Shown here: one piece after another, positions 26,052 to 38,789 of the stretch
Numbering within the stretch: the stretch's first letter is position 1
How the letters are laid out: each line of letters begins with the position of its first letter
Position numbers and translations under genes: made by a program
From: Dimorphilus gyrociliatus
Lineage: Eukaryota; Animalia; Annelida
Reading direction: 5' to 3'
NCBI GenBank assembly: GCA_904063045.1
Contig: CAJFCJ010000014.1
Location: forward strand, 558,001-622,000
DNA length: 64,000 nucleotides
The notes under the pieces: model-generated
Databases searched by the model: none
Seen by the model: the letters and a program-made list of their open reading frames with translations, nothing else
Told to the model about the DNA's origin: nothing

Positions 26052-26691
26052 TTAATTTAACCGAATGTAATAAATTTTAGCTTCATCCTCTCCACTGTTT
26101 AATATCTGTGAAATGAATATTATAACCAACTGGCCTTTTTATAGAAAAAAACATTTACCAATATTAGCTTATTCCCTTCAATAGTTAATTGGGTATGCAG
26201 AATTTTATCACCGTGAATATCTATAATTGATACATTAGAATCCAAAACTTCTAATCGTTTCTATACGAAGCAGGAGTAACAAAACTATGGTGATCAACTA
26301 GGAATATACAATATATAGCTACGTACTGTAACAGCTATTCCATGAGATGAGAAAATTTCAACAGGCTCCCCTGGTATCATATATACATCCTCCAACGGTA
26401 GACCATTAACAGTTGATATCCATCTCAAACCTTCTCCCTAGGAGAGTAATTACCAATAGAATAAGGGACTGATAGAGCGATAGTCAAAAAAAGAGAGTGT
26501 AAAAAAGAAGATACAAGACTGCCTATACATACCTCTAAAGATATATTTTTTACATTTTCTCCAATCATACCATCTGTTTTAAAACTCATAAGAATATCAA
26601 TAACTTGAGGGTCGTATCCAGCAGTTCTTAAAACATTCGATACATCTCCAACTACACTCTCCTCTCTCCACTTACCTACAAGCTTTTCCAT
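26052..26691 (-). CDS. Divergent fatty-acid-binding protein (FABP/calycin)-like, 4 exons, 141 aa
   Basis: Exons 26691-26533, 26437-26327, 26260-26159 and 26105-26052 all join in phase 0. The N-terminus MEKLVGKWREES has the GxW motif. The last two exons encode 34 and 17 codons, the sizes I recall for vertebrate FABP3/4 exons 3 and 4. It ends ILNSGEDEAKIYYIRLN*. Confidence 0.6.
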
Positions 26692-28780
26692 AGTTTTTTT
26701 CTGATAGGTTGAATAGTACATTATAAAATTTGCTTTCAATTTTTATACTGATTTTAAATAAGATAATCTATTGTCTATTATAAAACAGTGTAAAAGCACA
26801 AAATACAAGTATTTAACTACGCTGTTCTCTCTTTTATACCAACTGTAAATGATTTGTTAATGTTAATTTTTCCTTCAATTCATATATTACTATACTCCAT
26901 CTACTATAGAAAGTAAAAAGTAACAGGGTTAACGATCTTTATATCTGTTGTAATAAAAATTCCCTTTGGCTGCTTTCTACGTAGTTACTCCATATTATTG
27001 TATTTATTTACAAAAAGTATATTATAATAAAGTTTAACGGTGCAAAGCGACTATTTACAATATAAATTACGCATCAGGCGAATATTTTCATGTAAAAGCA
27101 AATATTTTAGTGGAGCCATCTATCGTTGCTCAATTCTCTGTCGCTCTCTCTATCTCTATTGTTATAGAGATTTTTTTCATGCATTATTTATAATTTGTGG
27201 ATTTATTGGCTACAATAAAAAAAACAAAAAGAGAAATTGTTTCACTTAAACATTTAGTATAGTAATTATTACATCACTTAATGATTGAAATGATAGGGGA
27301 ATGCAGGAGAATAGAGGAATGATAGAGTGAGAGAGATTAACGGCAAATAGCTCGAGAGAAACTTAAGCTACAAAGCAAATTAAACTTTTAAAGAAGGATG
27401 GAGGCTATTTATTGATTTATACTCCTAATTCCTACGTAGGAGTTTTTTTTTTATTGATTCCCATGCATTTATTCAATTATTATAGCACATGATTTTTAGC
27501 AGACAGCTTTTTTTTCAATGTCACACTCCCCCACGTTTAAAACAACTTTCCCGCCAAAAAAATTTTTATTGATTTTCAAAATCATAAATATTCATTACAA
27601 TAATTCTAATAAAATGATCATTTGTTGTCTGGACTCCTCTCCTTCTTCTTCTTCTTCTTCCTCTGCCTCTTTTTTTAAGATAAAAATAATACTTAGGGCC
27701 TTTTTTCCTACCTTTATATATTTACAAGGTTTTTTCTTTTGTGAACGTAAACCTTTGTTAACCTTCTAACATGAAAATAGAACTGAACGACTAAATATAG
27801 ACTATGTTTGGTCTCCCTCCGCCCCCGCCTCACCAGACCCCCTCTTGCCTATTATACTATGCTCTGTTTACCTTTAAGGACGTAGAAATCTAAAGTTTGG
27901 AAAAAATAGTTCCCGTTCTTGGAACAAAAAAATCCGATATAGTTTGGTTTTATGTACATTTTCTTGGTTTAATAAATTAGGTTTAAAGTAAATTTTCCGT
28001 CAAAATATATTTAATGTCGGCCTTAAACTTACCTTGACCTCTAACAGGGGTCGATCAGGCAGAGTTAAATACTAAATATATACTCTAAAAGTTGGTTAAA
28101 CTAGCCTGGTACTCATTCTGATAAGGCGCTAGATATAACTGAGCGTGTTTAGCGCGTGACACTGTCTTTAGGAAGGCCAAAAACTGAAAACCAAAATACT
28201 ACTATCGTTTCACAAGACTGGTTGGACAAATTTGCAAATTAGACAGCAGGATAATTAGGCGTACTTATCGAGGTAACAGTCAATGTTATATATGAATGTT
28301 TAGCTAAGATTGAATAGGCCTATACAATCTAATAGTACTGTATACAAGCAAAAATCAAATAGACAGTATATATAAACTATATATTGTATATAAATATATT
28401 GTGAATACTACTACATTGCGTTTAATAGCAATGTAATGTTCAATCAACATATAAGTGGCTAGTAAGCTATCTTTAATTGTATTTTTCTATATTTATATAC
28501 TCTATACAGTATGCTTATAGGACAGTTGTTACTTGTTGAATATATCGACTCATTGTCTGAGTAATTTAAATATCTAATTAATAAAAAATCTTCGCGTTAC
28601 TTTTTATTTAAATTTCCTAGTTTTTTTTTAATTAAACTTATTTAACCAAAACAATTTCGATATTATGGCGTAAACAACTAAGATAGATATAATAGGCCAA
28701 TAAACCGGAAATAATAGCTCCAGTTCCATTGTAGACGGGTGAACAATACATTTCGTCTGCTACATCTCTTGGGGCAAGGA

Positions 28781-30126
28781 ATGAAATTTACACGTGAGAC
28801 TGATATGTATATGGTTAAAAGGGATGAAAAGGTCTTTTCTCTCCTTACACGACCTTTACCGAATATTCCTGATAATGGCTATAGAATAAAGGTACATATG
28901 TCTGCTCTAATTTGTAAAACCATTTGCAATTTGCTTTATATCATATTAACAATAACAGATCGGTACATGTAATATTTGTTTGAATCATCCACAAGGTTTG
29001 TTAATAATTGGTACGCATTGATGTAAATAACCATATGTATATTTGCAGCTTGTTTCCTTTGCACTGGTGAAATTGTTGATGTTGGTTCTAATAAAATTAA
29101 CGATACTGAGCATTTAAACTCCAAGGTCGTTGTATATACTGATTTATGGACTAATGAATTTTATCAATACTTGTCAATATCTAATAAAAATCAACTGTTG
29201 ATATTACCTAAGACCTTGACAAATGATTATGTAACACATTTACCTGGATTTTTATTAGTATTTCCTTTAATTAAACATTTATCAAGTGAGTTAAAAGTGA
29301 ATTTATATATATATATATATATATATACTGTGTAAAGATAGTAAATGAAATTCATATTTACCTATACAGGAAGATCAAATGTTGTTATTATTGGATCAAG
29401 CTATCTAACGAACCTAATTTTGTTGTTAATCCAAAAATATTTTATAAATATTCAAAATGCATCTACTTTCTATATTATCGACGAAAATGTAAGTAATGTG
29501 TTTCTTTTTTATTATCATTCTGTTGAAATATTCTTAAACACTCTTATATGTTTTTTTTTATAGGCGTCTAGACTAGTGAACTTAAAAAAGACTTTTAAAT
29601 TTATTCAATGTATACATTTAGATAAATCGAGTAAGTTAACTTATTCAATTCTCTTTAATTTGTCCTATCTAACCGTCTTCCATTCCATTAATAGTTTATG
29701 AAGAATATAACCAAGAGAGAATAAATAATATGATTTGTGGGAATCAGATTGATATTGTTATTAGTTTAATATTTAATAAATATTGCATTGATCAATTAAG
29801 AGATAGTAACAGTCAGGTAAAGAATAAATAAATAAATAAATAAAGCATTCAATTTTGTTCTCCTTTAGATTATAAAAGAAATATCCTTATGCAAAACTTA
29901 TATTGAACAAGCGTTTATGAATTATTCAGATTCGTTGGATTGGCTAGATGAACACATTCATGAGGTTTGTTTAGCTAATAAACAAATTATATTTAGATAT
30001 ATGTTTGCTGTTGTTTAACAGATTAATTGGCCAAATTCCGATGAATTTAGCTATGATAAACTAATTGACTTTAATTTAAAAATAATCAAGAAAGAAACAG
30101 ATGATATTGCGATTCTAAAATTTTAA
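28781..30126 (+). CDS. Degenerate medium-chain dehydrogenase/reductase (ADH-fold) protein resembling Drosophila Drat/CG1600-type proteins, about 8 small exons
   Basis: In-phase exon joining gives RPLPNIPDNGYRIK-IGTCNICLNHPQ-ACFLCTGEIVDVGS...SKVVVY...FYQYLSISNKNQLLILPKTL...-RSNVVIIGSSYL...FYIIDEN-...-YEEYNQERINNMICGNQIDIVISL-...-IAILKF*. This gives a GroES-like domain, a Rossmann strand and a terminal AILxF. Confidence 0.6.
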
Positions 30127-30503
30127 AGAATATTATAAACATGATACAATATATCAAATATTTGGCTTTTTACTATCATATACAGTATATTGTTTATACA
30201 AGTATAAATACTATTTATAAAAAAGAACTGCTTAGTTATCGACAGTTCTATTAATGGCTTCTTTTAAATATTAATTGCATATATTGATATATACTTAATA
30301 TACTATATGCTGTATTTTGAGATTTATGAATACAATTATTACTTTCTATATGAATATAAATTTATGTCTAATCTATTACTCATTTATATATTGCTGATAA
30401 GCCTATATTAAGATTGTGTACTCTAAACGTTTTCGCGAGTATTTAAAGTTATATAGTTATATATCTAGACAGGATCGTGTATGAGTTTCAACATTTCCTA
30501 AAT

Positions 30504-31097
30504 ATGACCCAACCAGGCAATTTCTCATGGGTTGAACCCAATCTACTGGCCGGAAGCGCTCAGCCAGAACATCATGATCATTATGATTTTTATAAACAAC
30601 AAGGAATTACTCATTTAGTGAGTCTTACCAAAGATAAACCGAAAAATCTACCTGAAAACGACGGTAAATGCTTAATTACTAGTATTATTTCATTAATTTT
30701 TTGATTAGTTTTAAAATATATCATATATTTAAAACTAATCATTTTATCAAGCTGTTATAATTATAGTATTAATACAATCTTACAACTATATATAGATACT
30801 TTTACATGGAGTCACATTGCTATGCCAGACTTTACACCACCATCTGTGGAGCAAATTGAGCAATTCGTCTCAATTGTCGATCAGGCAAAAAAACAAGGAA
30901 CAAAAGTTGCTGTTCATTGCCGCATGGGGCAAGGACGTACTGGTACTATGTTAGCTTGCTACTACGGTAAAGACAGAGAACTTCAAGGAGATGAAGCTAT
31001 AAAGAAAATACGTGAAATGAGACCAATTTCGGTTGAGACTCAGGAACAAGAAGAAATTGTTAGACATTATTTAGAACAGAAAAATCTGAAAAATTAA
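30504..31097 (+). CDS. DUSP23: Dual-specificity phosphatase 23, 2 exons
   Basis: GNFSWVEPNLLAG, ITHLVSLT, MPDFTPPSVEQI, catalytic VHCRMGQGRTGTMLACY and RPISVETQEQE. Confidence 0.9.
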
Positions 31098-31456
31098 TTC
31101 TTAGAAGGAAAATTAAATTTATATTAATTATTGCGAAACTTTTTTGCTTTCTTACACACATTTCTTGACTCTTGATCAATGATAAAAAACTTACTCATTT
31201 AAATAGATAATTACTATAAATGTGCTAAAAGATTAGTTAATTGTAGAAAATAGTACTGGTAAATATTATACCGTTCTAATACTCGGCATCTATTACTTGA
31301 TACACTATGATATACAGCTTTACAAGCTACTAATGACACCTGGTATTTTTAAGTTCATCGCCAAAGATAAATACGAAGATGCTAATACGAAAATAAAATA
31401 ATTATGATGTTACCCTTACATTTACAATTTATCGCCGGGAAATTACGCAAGTTACA

Positions 31457-31641
31457 ATGAATAGATATAAAGAAGACTCAAATACAATATCATTAGGTTT
31501 GCTAAATGATAATGAAATGTTTGGCTATTTATCTGCTAAAATTAATAATTATTCCTCTTTGTGCCAACTATTGTCAACATGTAACAATCATTTAACTGAT
31601 TTCCCCCCTTCTTAATAAATGTAGATTATTATGTTAATCAC

Positions 31642-31673
<32 letters not shown>

Positions 31674-33943
31674 TATATACTGTATCTACAGTACATAAGT
31701 TAAATATTGGTCTTAACAGCAAGGATGGTGTGTATAGATATGACACCATCTTTAGAACCAACCGAAATGGAAACAGCTTTGGATTGCTTAAAAAATACAT
31801 TAGACTTAATGAGAAACTTTGAATCGTCTTCCAACGTAACATACCTTGGTATAATCTTTATACAAGATATGCCTAGAGTTGTTTTTAACTTACAAGACTG
31901 GAGAAATAAAATGGAAACTATTGAAGAAATTCTAAATAATTTAAAAGCATTCGACGATATAAATGATCTTCCCAGCTCTGAAGAAAAGGTAGATATCGAT
32001 TGGGAAAAAGTCTTTCTAGTTGCGGTAAATGAATTTCAAACAGCAATTAATTCAACACCGATTCAAACGAGAAAAGTAAAACTTGTAAAATTGAATATAA
32101 TTTCATTTGTTTATCTCTAATTTTTCTTCAGTCTGCAAATAATCTGCTAATGTTAGAATTAGCGGTTTTCTCAACGAGGAACCTCAGAAAAAACTCGCAG
32201 GAGATATTTCAATGCGTAAAATCGGTTGAACGTTTAAATGCACTTGATGTAATTGTTAATATATTATATACAAGGCACATACAAATTTATATTTCTCCAA
32301 TTTACGCAGAGAATTCAATTCTTTTATTTATTGCCAAGTAGTAAAAGACGAAAGAACAAAATAGAAGAGCCTGTCATCAATATAGATTTAAATGGAGACT
32401 GGAGAACAACAGTAGAATTTTTTAACATACAAAACGGTAAATTCTTATTTGAATAAAAAATAAGTTACCTTTTACCGGTTTTTTCTATTTTTCAAATATT
32501 ATTATTTTCAACAGAGCATCACAGCATTAGAAATATCTTCCTTAATTGGACACAAAAGCCTATCTGCACCTTAGAGCATATTCAGCTTCTTCTGAATGGT
32601 AATAAATAAATATCTCATAGAGTTTATATGCATAGATATAAATTGCAGAGCTTATTATATATCGTTTTTTAATTGTTAACAAGTGTTTTTATTGTAATAC
32701 AATTCATTGTTATGAATAAAAAATAGCTGTATTCCAGGCCTTATGCTATTTTTTTCCCTCTCTATAGATATGTATAAATTTATATACATATATATATATA
32801 TAAAAAATATCACATGCAATATAACAATGAATAATTATCCTATACAGATCAAGGCTCTGTAAAGTTTAAATTTGATTTAAGAAGCAAGCATCTCTCTCCT
32901 TTGGATTCTAATTTATCAGTCTACTACGTAAGTATTTACTATTAAATGTATATTTATTTAAAAATCGTTTGATTTTGTTAAAGAATCTATTAAGCTCACC
33001 TCAAAGTAATAGTATCGCATCAACTGGATTTGAAAAATCAGATATTGACAAACTTTCTCTAAAGTTGATTGCTATTAAAAAAGTTCCAACGTCTGGAATA
33101 TGTTACAGTCTACTTTACGGTCAAGTAATTGTATTTTCTATTTCACCTCTATGTTGAGACTACACTACAGAAAATGCTGTATTGTAATGTTGTTTTGTCC
33201 GCCAGCCTATTGAACTAATTCCAACAACTGCTAGAAAATACGTTTGGGAAGAAATCGAAGAAAATGCTCTACTAGTAAGAAAATTTTGTTCCGACTTAAG
33301 AAAGACTGTAAGAAAAATAGGATAAATCCACAGAAACTCTCTTAATACCTTTTTTTATATCTTTTAATCTTATTAGGATAGCTGCTTAATTGTAAAACTA
33401 AAAAGGACGTGCTTAACAGATAAATTATCTGACAAACATCCGTGTTGCCTGTTCCTCTTAAAACCTGGCCGTGAAAGTTTTACAGCCTATGTAAATAGTA
33501 TTATTTATCATATAGTAATGGATATTTTTAAATAATTATTATTCTCCTTCTCAGGGTTTATTGACAAGAGAATTCTTCATTTCAAATTTGGCGGATGAAT
33601 CATTATTTAATAGTGAGGGTACTTTGCCCAATTCAAAATTAAGGAAATTAGAAGCTGAAGCATCCATGGTTTCGTATAAGACATCTAACTATCTTCCAAA
33701 GTATTTAATTTTATCTTCTTCTTTATTATTTAGATACCATGTGATTCATTTTATAATCCTTTGGACTATTCGTCGAACGTGTGTGAATTTCTACTGAATA
33801 AGAAGCTATCAAAAACGAAAACACCGGCAAAACGGCGACGATTATCCAGGTAAAGTTAACGTTTTAGATAATTCTCATTTTCTTAATAATATAAACGTTT
33901 CATTTTCAATTTTTTTTCTTCTTGTAGAAAAGCTAAACAATAA
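31457..33943 (+). CDS. M1AP: Meiosis 1 associated protein (M1AP/SPATA37) homolog, about 10 exons; start either 31457 or 31725
   Basis: Spliced KLIAIKKVPTSGICYSLLYGQ-PIELIPTTARKYVWEEIEENALLVRKFCSDL aligns with human M1AP as recalled (KLQVIKALKSSGLCESLTYGLPFILRPTSCWQLDWDELETNQQHFHALCHSL). Also EHIQLLL/EQIHLLL, FDLRSKHLSP/CDLQERLLCP, TREF/TREL and FYNPL/TYNPL. Confidence 0.82.
31644..31668. repeat. (TA)n microsatellite
   Basis: About 12 TA units. A similar run is present at 29304-29327. Confidence 0.9.
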
Positions 33944-34478
33944 AAATATTGATATTTTTAAAGAAATATGAAATATCAATCATGTAAAATCTTCATTTTC
34001 CATCTTTGTACTATTCATTGTTTATATTCTTTTAATATTGTTTTCATACAGAAAAGAGATGTAGAGTTATCAGTTAATCTGTCTCTCTTTCTATCTCTCT
34101 TTTGTATTGTTTTCTTACTACTTAAATGTTGCCAGAACGGAATTGGTTTGTTTTCTTTTTTATGGTTTTCTTTTGGACTGGTTCCCTGAATGATACGAAA
34201 TGTTTTGTTTTATACTTGAAATAGACGGAAAAATCATTTAAAAAAAGCTCAAATGTGGAACTTTTGTTACTTTATTTGGTATATTTCTTTTTGATCTTGA
34301 AGTACTCAATTTTATCATAAATGATATTGTAATTAATGTATAAAATTGTTTGTTTTTCCTGTTTTTTTTGTACTCCTCTTGTCTAGTCCTATTAAGTATT
34401 GCAAATATCTATATTGTCTTCCCAAGCCGAAAAACTTGTTATATTCATCGATAAATAAAATAATTTATAAGCAAAATT

Positions 34479-35225
34479 ATGGGTATCAAACCGATAAAAG
34501 TTAATACTGCTCGAGTTGGTAAAGGAGATAAGGTATTAGACGGTGACCAAGTCGTTGTTACTTACAAAAAGGACGCAATTCGTTCAGATCATAATTTCGT
34601 GTTCGGAGAGCCGACCAACGAGACAGAGTTATTTATTGAACAATGTCTTGAATTAATGACTCTCCTAGAAGTTAGTCTATTCAAGTTATCGGAGGAGAGT
34701 GAAGAAAAAGAAATTATTGAAATTGGATTAGAAAAGATAATAAGAGGAAAACCACCTCACGATAACAGCCCATGCGAAAAATTGGAAAAAGCCAAAATGA
34801 ATAAAGAGACTGCCATAAAATACTTTCAAGAAGAGAGATTTCGTCTAGCATATGCAAGATTTTGTAGATCTATCCGACTTGTAATCTGTGAATTTGAGAA
34901 TGAGATGGATGCTGATAGGAGGAAATTACTATCTCAACTTTTTGCTAATTGCGCAGCATGTTTCAATAAGTTAAAGTCAACAAATTATAAAAGAATAATA
35001 GAATTTTGTTCTACTTCGTTAAAATACGATTCGCAAAATCTAAAAGCTCTATTTAGAAGAGGAAACGCCTATTTAGAACTGAAAGAAGTTGACGAGGCAA
35101 TAAAAGATTTCAATGTAATACTACAGTTGGATGCTACAAATAAACCAACACAACTTTCTAAGAAAAGAGCATTAATTCTAAGAAATTCACCTATTCATTC
35201 AAAGAAAGTTAAAGAAAACAGTTAA
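34479..35225 (+). CDS. FKBPL: FKBP-like co-chaperone: degenerate PPIase domain plus TPR repeats, intronless
   Basis: LFIEQCLELMTLLEVSLFKL, EKLEKAKMNKETAIKYFQ, LFANCAACF and NLKALFRRGNAYLELKEVDEAIKDFNVILQLDATNK resemble FKBPL more than FKBP4/5/6 by my recollection. Ortholog assignment needs a tree. Confidence 0.65.
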   Translation: MGIKPIKVNTARVGKGDKVLDGDQVVVTYKKDAIRSDHNFVFGEPTNETELFIEQCLELMTLLEVSLFKLSEESEEKEIIEIGLEKIIRGKPPHDNSPCEKLEKAKMNKETAIKYFQEERFRLAYARFCRSIRLVICEFENEMDADRRKLLSQLFANCAACFNKLKSTNYKRIIEFCSTSLKYDSQNLKALFRRGNAYLELKEVDEAIKDFNVILQLDATNKPTQLSKKRALILRNSPIHSKKVKENS

Positions 35226-35591
35226 CCAAGTGGTCCTTTCAAAGCCATATTAAATGAAAACTTGAACATTTTAATGTCTTTTATCATTTTTAACATACAA
35301 AATTCTTAATATACACTGTTTTTGTTTTTAAGGAAAAACTATCAATCATTACACAGGATATACTGTACATATATATATATAGATGATAGTTGTTTTTTTT
35401 TTAAAAAACAACAACAACAACAATACATTCCTTTAGTAAAGCGAAAGAGAGAGGGAGAAAAAAAACGAGACTGTAGATGGCATAGTGATATCTTGACAAC
35501 GATTGTTTACAAATATGGCGCTAGTCAAGACAATATTAGTGCCTTGTTAAGAAAATTTTAAAATAGTGAAATATGTGTATAGAATAATAAA

Positions 35592-37476
35592 ATGGGTTTT
35601 ACATTATTAGTAAAGTTAATTGACACGGGAGAAAAATTTAAGATAAAGGACGTAACTAATGAATGGACGATTCATCGTTTCAAGGATACTTGTGAATTTA
35701 TAACTGGTATTCCCGTATATATTCAAAGGCTTCAATATTTAGATGAAGGTATATCTTTCAAATAATAGAATATAGTTATAATACACTATGTATAATTAAA
35801 TATTTCGTCTATACATTTAGCTGATTTGGTTGATGGAAGTACTATAAAAAAGAATGATATAGTTCCTGGAGCTATTCTTACTATGAGAGTTTGGCCTATG
35901 TGGCAATCTCTAATACAAGCGATATCATCCGGAGATATCAATAGAATTATGAAATTGGGTGTTCAACAGGACGTTGAAACTTATAATACGCCAAATTTAC
36001 AGTATTTAACCGCAAAAAATAGAAAAGGAGCAATCGCTGAAAGGGCTTTTATCGCTCTATATATTGCAGCCCATAGGGGGAATGATAAAATGGTTAAAGC
36101 CTTATTGGACGTAAGTATTGATAATATTCATACATACTGTATTAGTCGATTATTATTAATGTTCTTTTCTAAACAAATTTAAGGTCGGAGCTGACGTGAA
36201 TGCTAAAACAAAATCGGGTAGGACTGTACTGCATTGCTGTGCTGCTGCTGGACAGGGAGAAATCATGTCTCTCTTACTTAGTAGGGGAGCGGATATGAAT
36301 GCCAAAGATAAAGAGGGCAATACGGCCTTAGATATAGCTAATAAATTTAATCAAAAGAGCTGTGAACGCCACTTGTTTCTATTTAGATGGCAACAAAGAG
36401 CCAAAAAGATTACACCAAGTCACGAAGTTCCACCATTCTTGCATCAAATGTGCGATACATCTATGCCAGTATGGAAAAGACGTTCGTGCCTGTTACTTCC
36501 TGACTTACGTTAAACTAATTTTGTTATCTTTTATAAAACTTTCAACAGAAAACAATCGAATTTATTACCAAAAAGTCGTACCACCTGGAGAGTTTGAAGG
36601 AACTCAAATGCACGCTCCACGGTTTCGTAAACCGAAGCCTAAACACTATCCAGACGATGACGAAGAACAAACTGATGCTACTCACTCTCCCACTGCTGGA
36701 AAGAGTCGAAGAACTGTAACATATAAGCTTCCATCATTAACGGATGCAGATGATAAATCTAGTCCCGATATTACCAGTGTCTCATCGCCAGATATACACG
36801 AATATAGACCACCACCAAAGTAATAAATTCTTTGCTATATTTATATTATTCATACTTTAAACATCTAACGTATTAAACAGGCATAAGGAAAGCTCAAAAG
36901 TAACGAAACGACCACCAAAATACAACGAATGGCTAGAAAGAAAATTAAAAATAGAAAAACAACAAAGAGAAGCAAGAAGAGTTGAAATTGTTGCTAAAAA
37001 GGAAGCTGAGAAAGATAGGTAAATAGAAATAATACTTTAGGATTTTACTAATCATAGCATAATTAATTTATGTATATATAAAGAAGCACAAATTGTCGGC
37101 CTACAATTGTTAGTACTAATAATCACAGTAGTAGTTATACATTTTGGCAAGTTTTCTATTAGGAAAATTAAATCAAATTTAGTAAGATTAATTGATTAAG
37201 TAGTTCGATCTCTAAGCTATTAATAAAAACTACGCTTTTTTTCACTTTAACAGTAATAATTACTTATTCTATTACAGGAAATTACAAAAAGAAATGGAAG
37301 ATAAATCGTACGATACTTGGCTGGCTGAAAAACAAACTTCTTCAAAGGGTGGCTCTAAACTATTAAATAATCAATTTGATGGTGAAGATTTCATAACGCC
37401 TAGGGGTGGACAGGGACTGGATATTCTAGATAGAATGAGACTGGGTTATCATAAGCTTGGACTTGTTAATTATTAA
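35592..37476 (+). CDS. ANKRD60: Ankyrin repeat domain protein 60 (ubiquitin-like plus ankyrin repeats) with extended C-terminus; 3' end uncertain
   Basis: FTLLVKLIDTGEKF...GIPVYIQRLQYLDE-ADLVDGSTIKKNDIVPGAIL, RAFIALYIAAHRG, GRTVLHCCAAAG and GNTALDIANKFNQKSCERHLFL match ANKRD60. Confidence 0.85.
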
Positions 37477-38789
37477 TTTGTTTAGTATTATATTGTAAAT
37501 ACTAACATATTAATACATGCAATATACAATATGTACACCACATGTCTCCTTTATGTTCACTTGTATAAAATATCCACTATAGGCCAATATGATGAAAGAG
37601 ACAGACATAGATTACAGAGAGAAAGAGATAGAGCGAGAACGAGAGACAAACAGAAAGGTAAAAAAAGGACTATTATTAAAATTAATATTTCAAGGTTAAT
37701 TACAATACCAGCTACTATTAACACATGTTTTAAAAATATTTTTTAAACTATCTTTAAAAGTTAACAATTTCTCCATTTATTTATAATTATACAAAAAAAA
37801 AATACATTTACGTTAAAACCTGAGCGATAATCGATGGAGAACATAAGAAATAAAATAGTTATTTATAACGTACCGCACATGAAAAAAAGTTTTAGCTATA
37901 AAAGCTTATTAATCATTTTGATCGAATAAAGAATAACATTGTTTAATAATAAAATTTATAAAAATAAGACATACACGAAAACTTTTCGAATATAGAAATT
38001 TATTATAAAAAATCATGATAAGTTAACAAAGAACACAGCATTACCGTAAAGATAACGAGGAAGAGAGGCGGAACGAAACAAAGGTAGCAATATTTGCCGT
38101 TGTCTAACGTAATTAACACCATTTTTTATCGAGATATTTATTAATAGAACGTCAGGAAAATCACGTATAAAACAGTTATATATTAATGAAATCTTTACGT
38201 GATAAAAGCGTAAAATAGAAGGATAGGAATTATTATTCGATAATTAGAAGAATATTCTTTTTTTCACTTCTCTATATACGTTCTTCATATTAACCTTACG
38301 GCATGTAGACATTTATTAGCATTTTCAGAGTTTTATACAAGATTTTTAATGGATAGAATTGATTAAACGTGCATATTCAATAGATGTTATTAGGATTATT
38401 TTAATAAAAAAATAGCATAGATAGTGTTAATTTCAGATTTAGTTTTGATAAAAAGTTAAAGGACTTTTGAATGATCGAAGAGAAGAGATGGCGCCATTGT
38501 AACCAGCCGCGTCTCAACGTAATGAAAATAAGCAAATATTACGTATTAAAAGCCAAATGCATATATTCATTAAGAGTTCTAATATAAGACAAAGTAATTT
38601 GACTTCATAGAGCTTAAACTACACTCGTCAGACATAACTCAATATTTGCGGTTTAGTAGAACTATATTACCGCGGAGGAATACTTATGTCGTTGGTTTCA
38701 TTATGGCTGTCTTTGTTGAGAAATATTGAAGCTTAGCCGAATGTTTTGAATATTAATTGGTGATTTCAGGATTTAAAAATCCAGCCATT

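Noticed and set aside
27040-27769. Short ORFs in the FABP/MDR intergenic region
   Set aside because: They have non-ATG or weak starts, low complexity, no splice-compatible chain and no recognisable motifs.
28056-28069. 14-mer CAGGCAGAGTTAAA repeated near 55078
   Set aside because: Several chance 14-mer matches are expected in 64 kb, and there is no flanking similarity.
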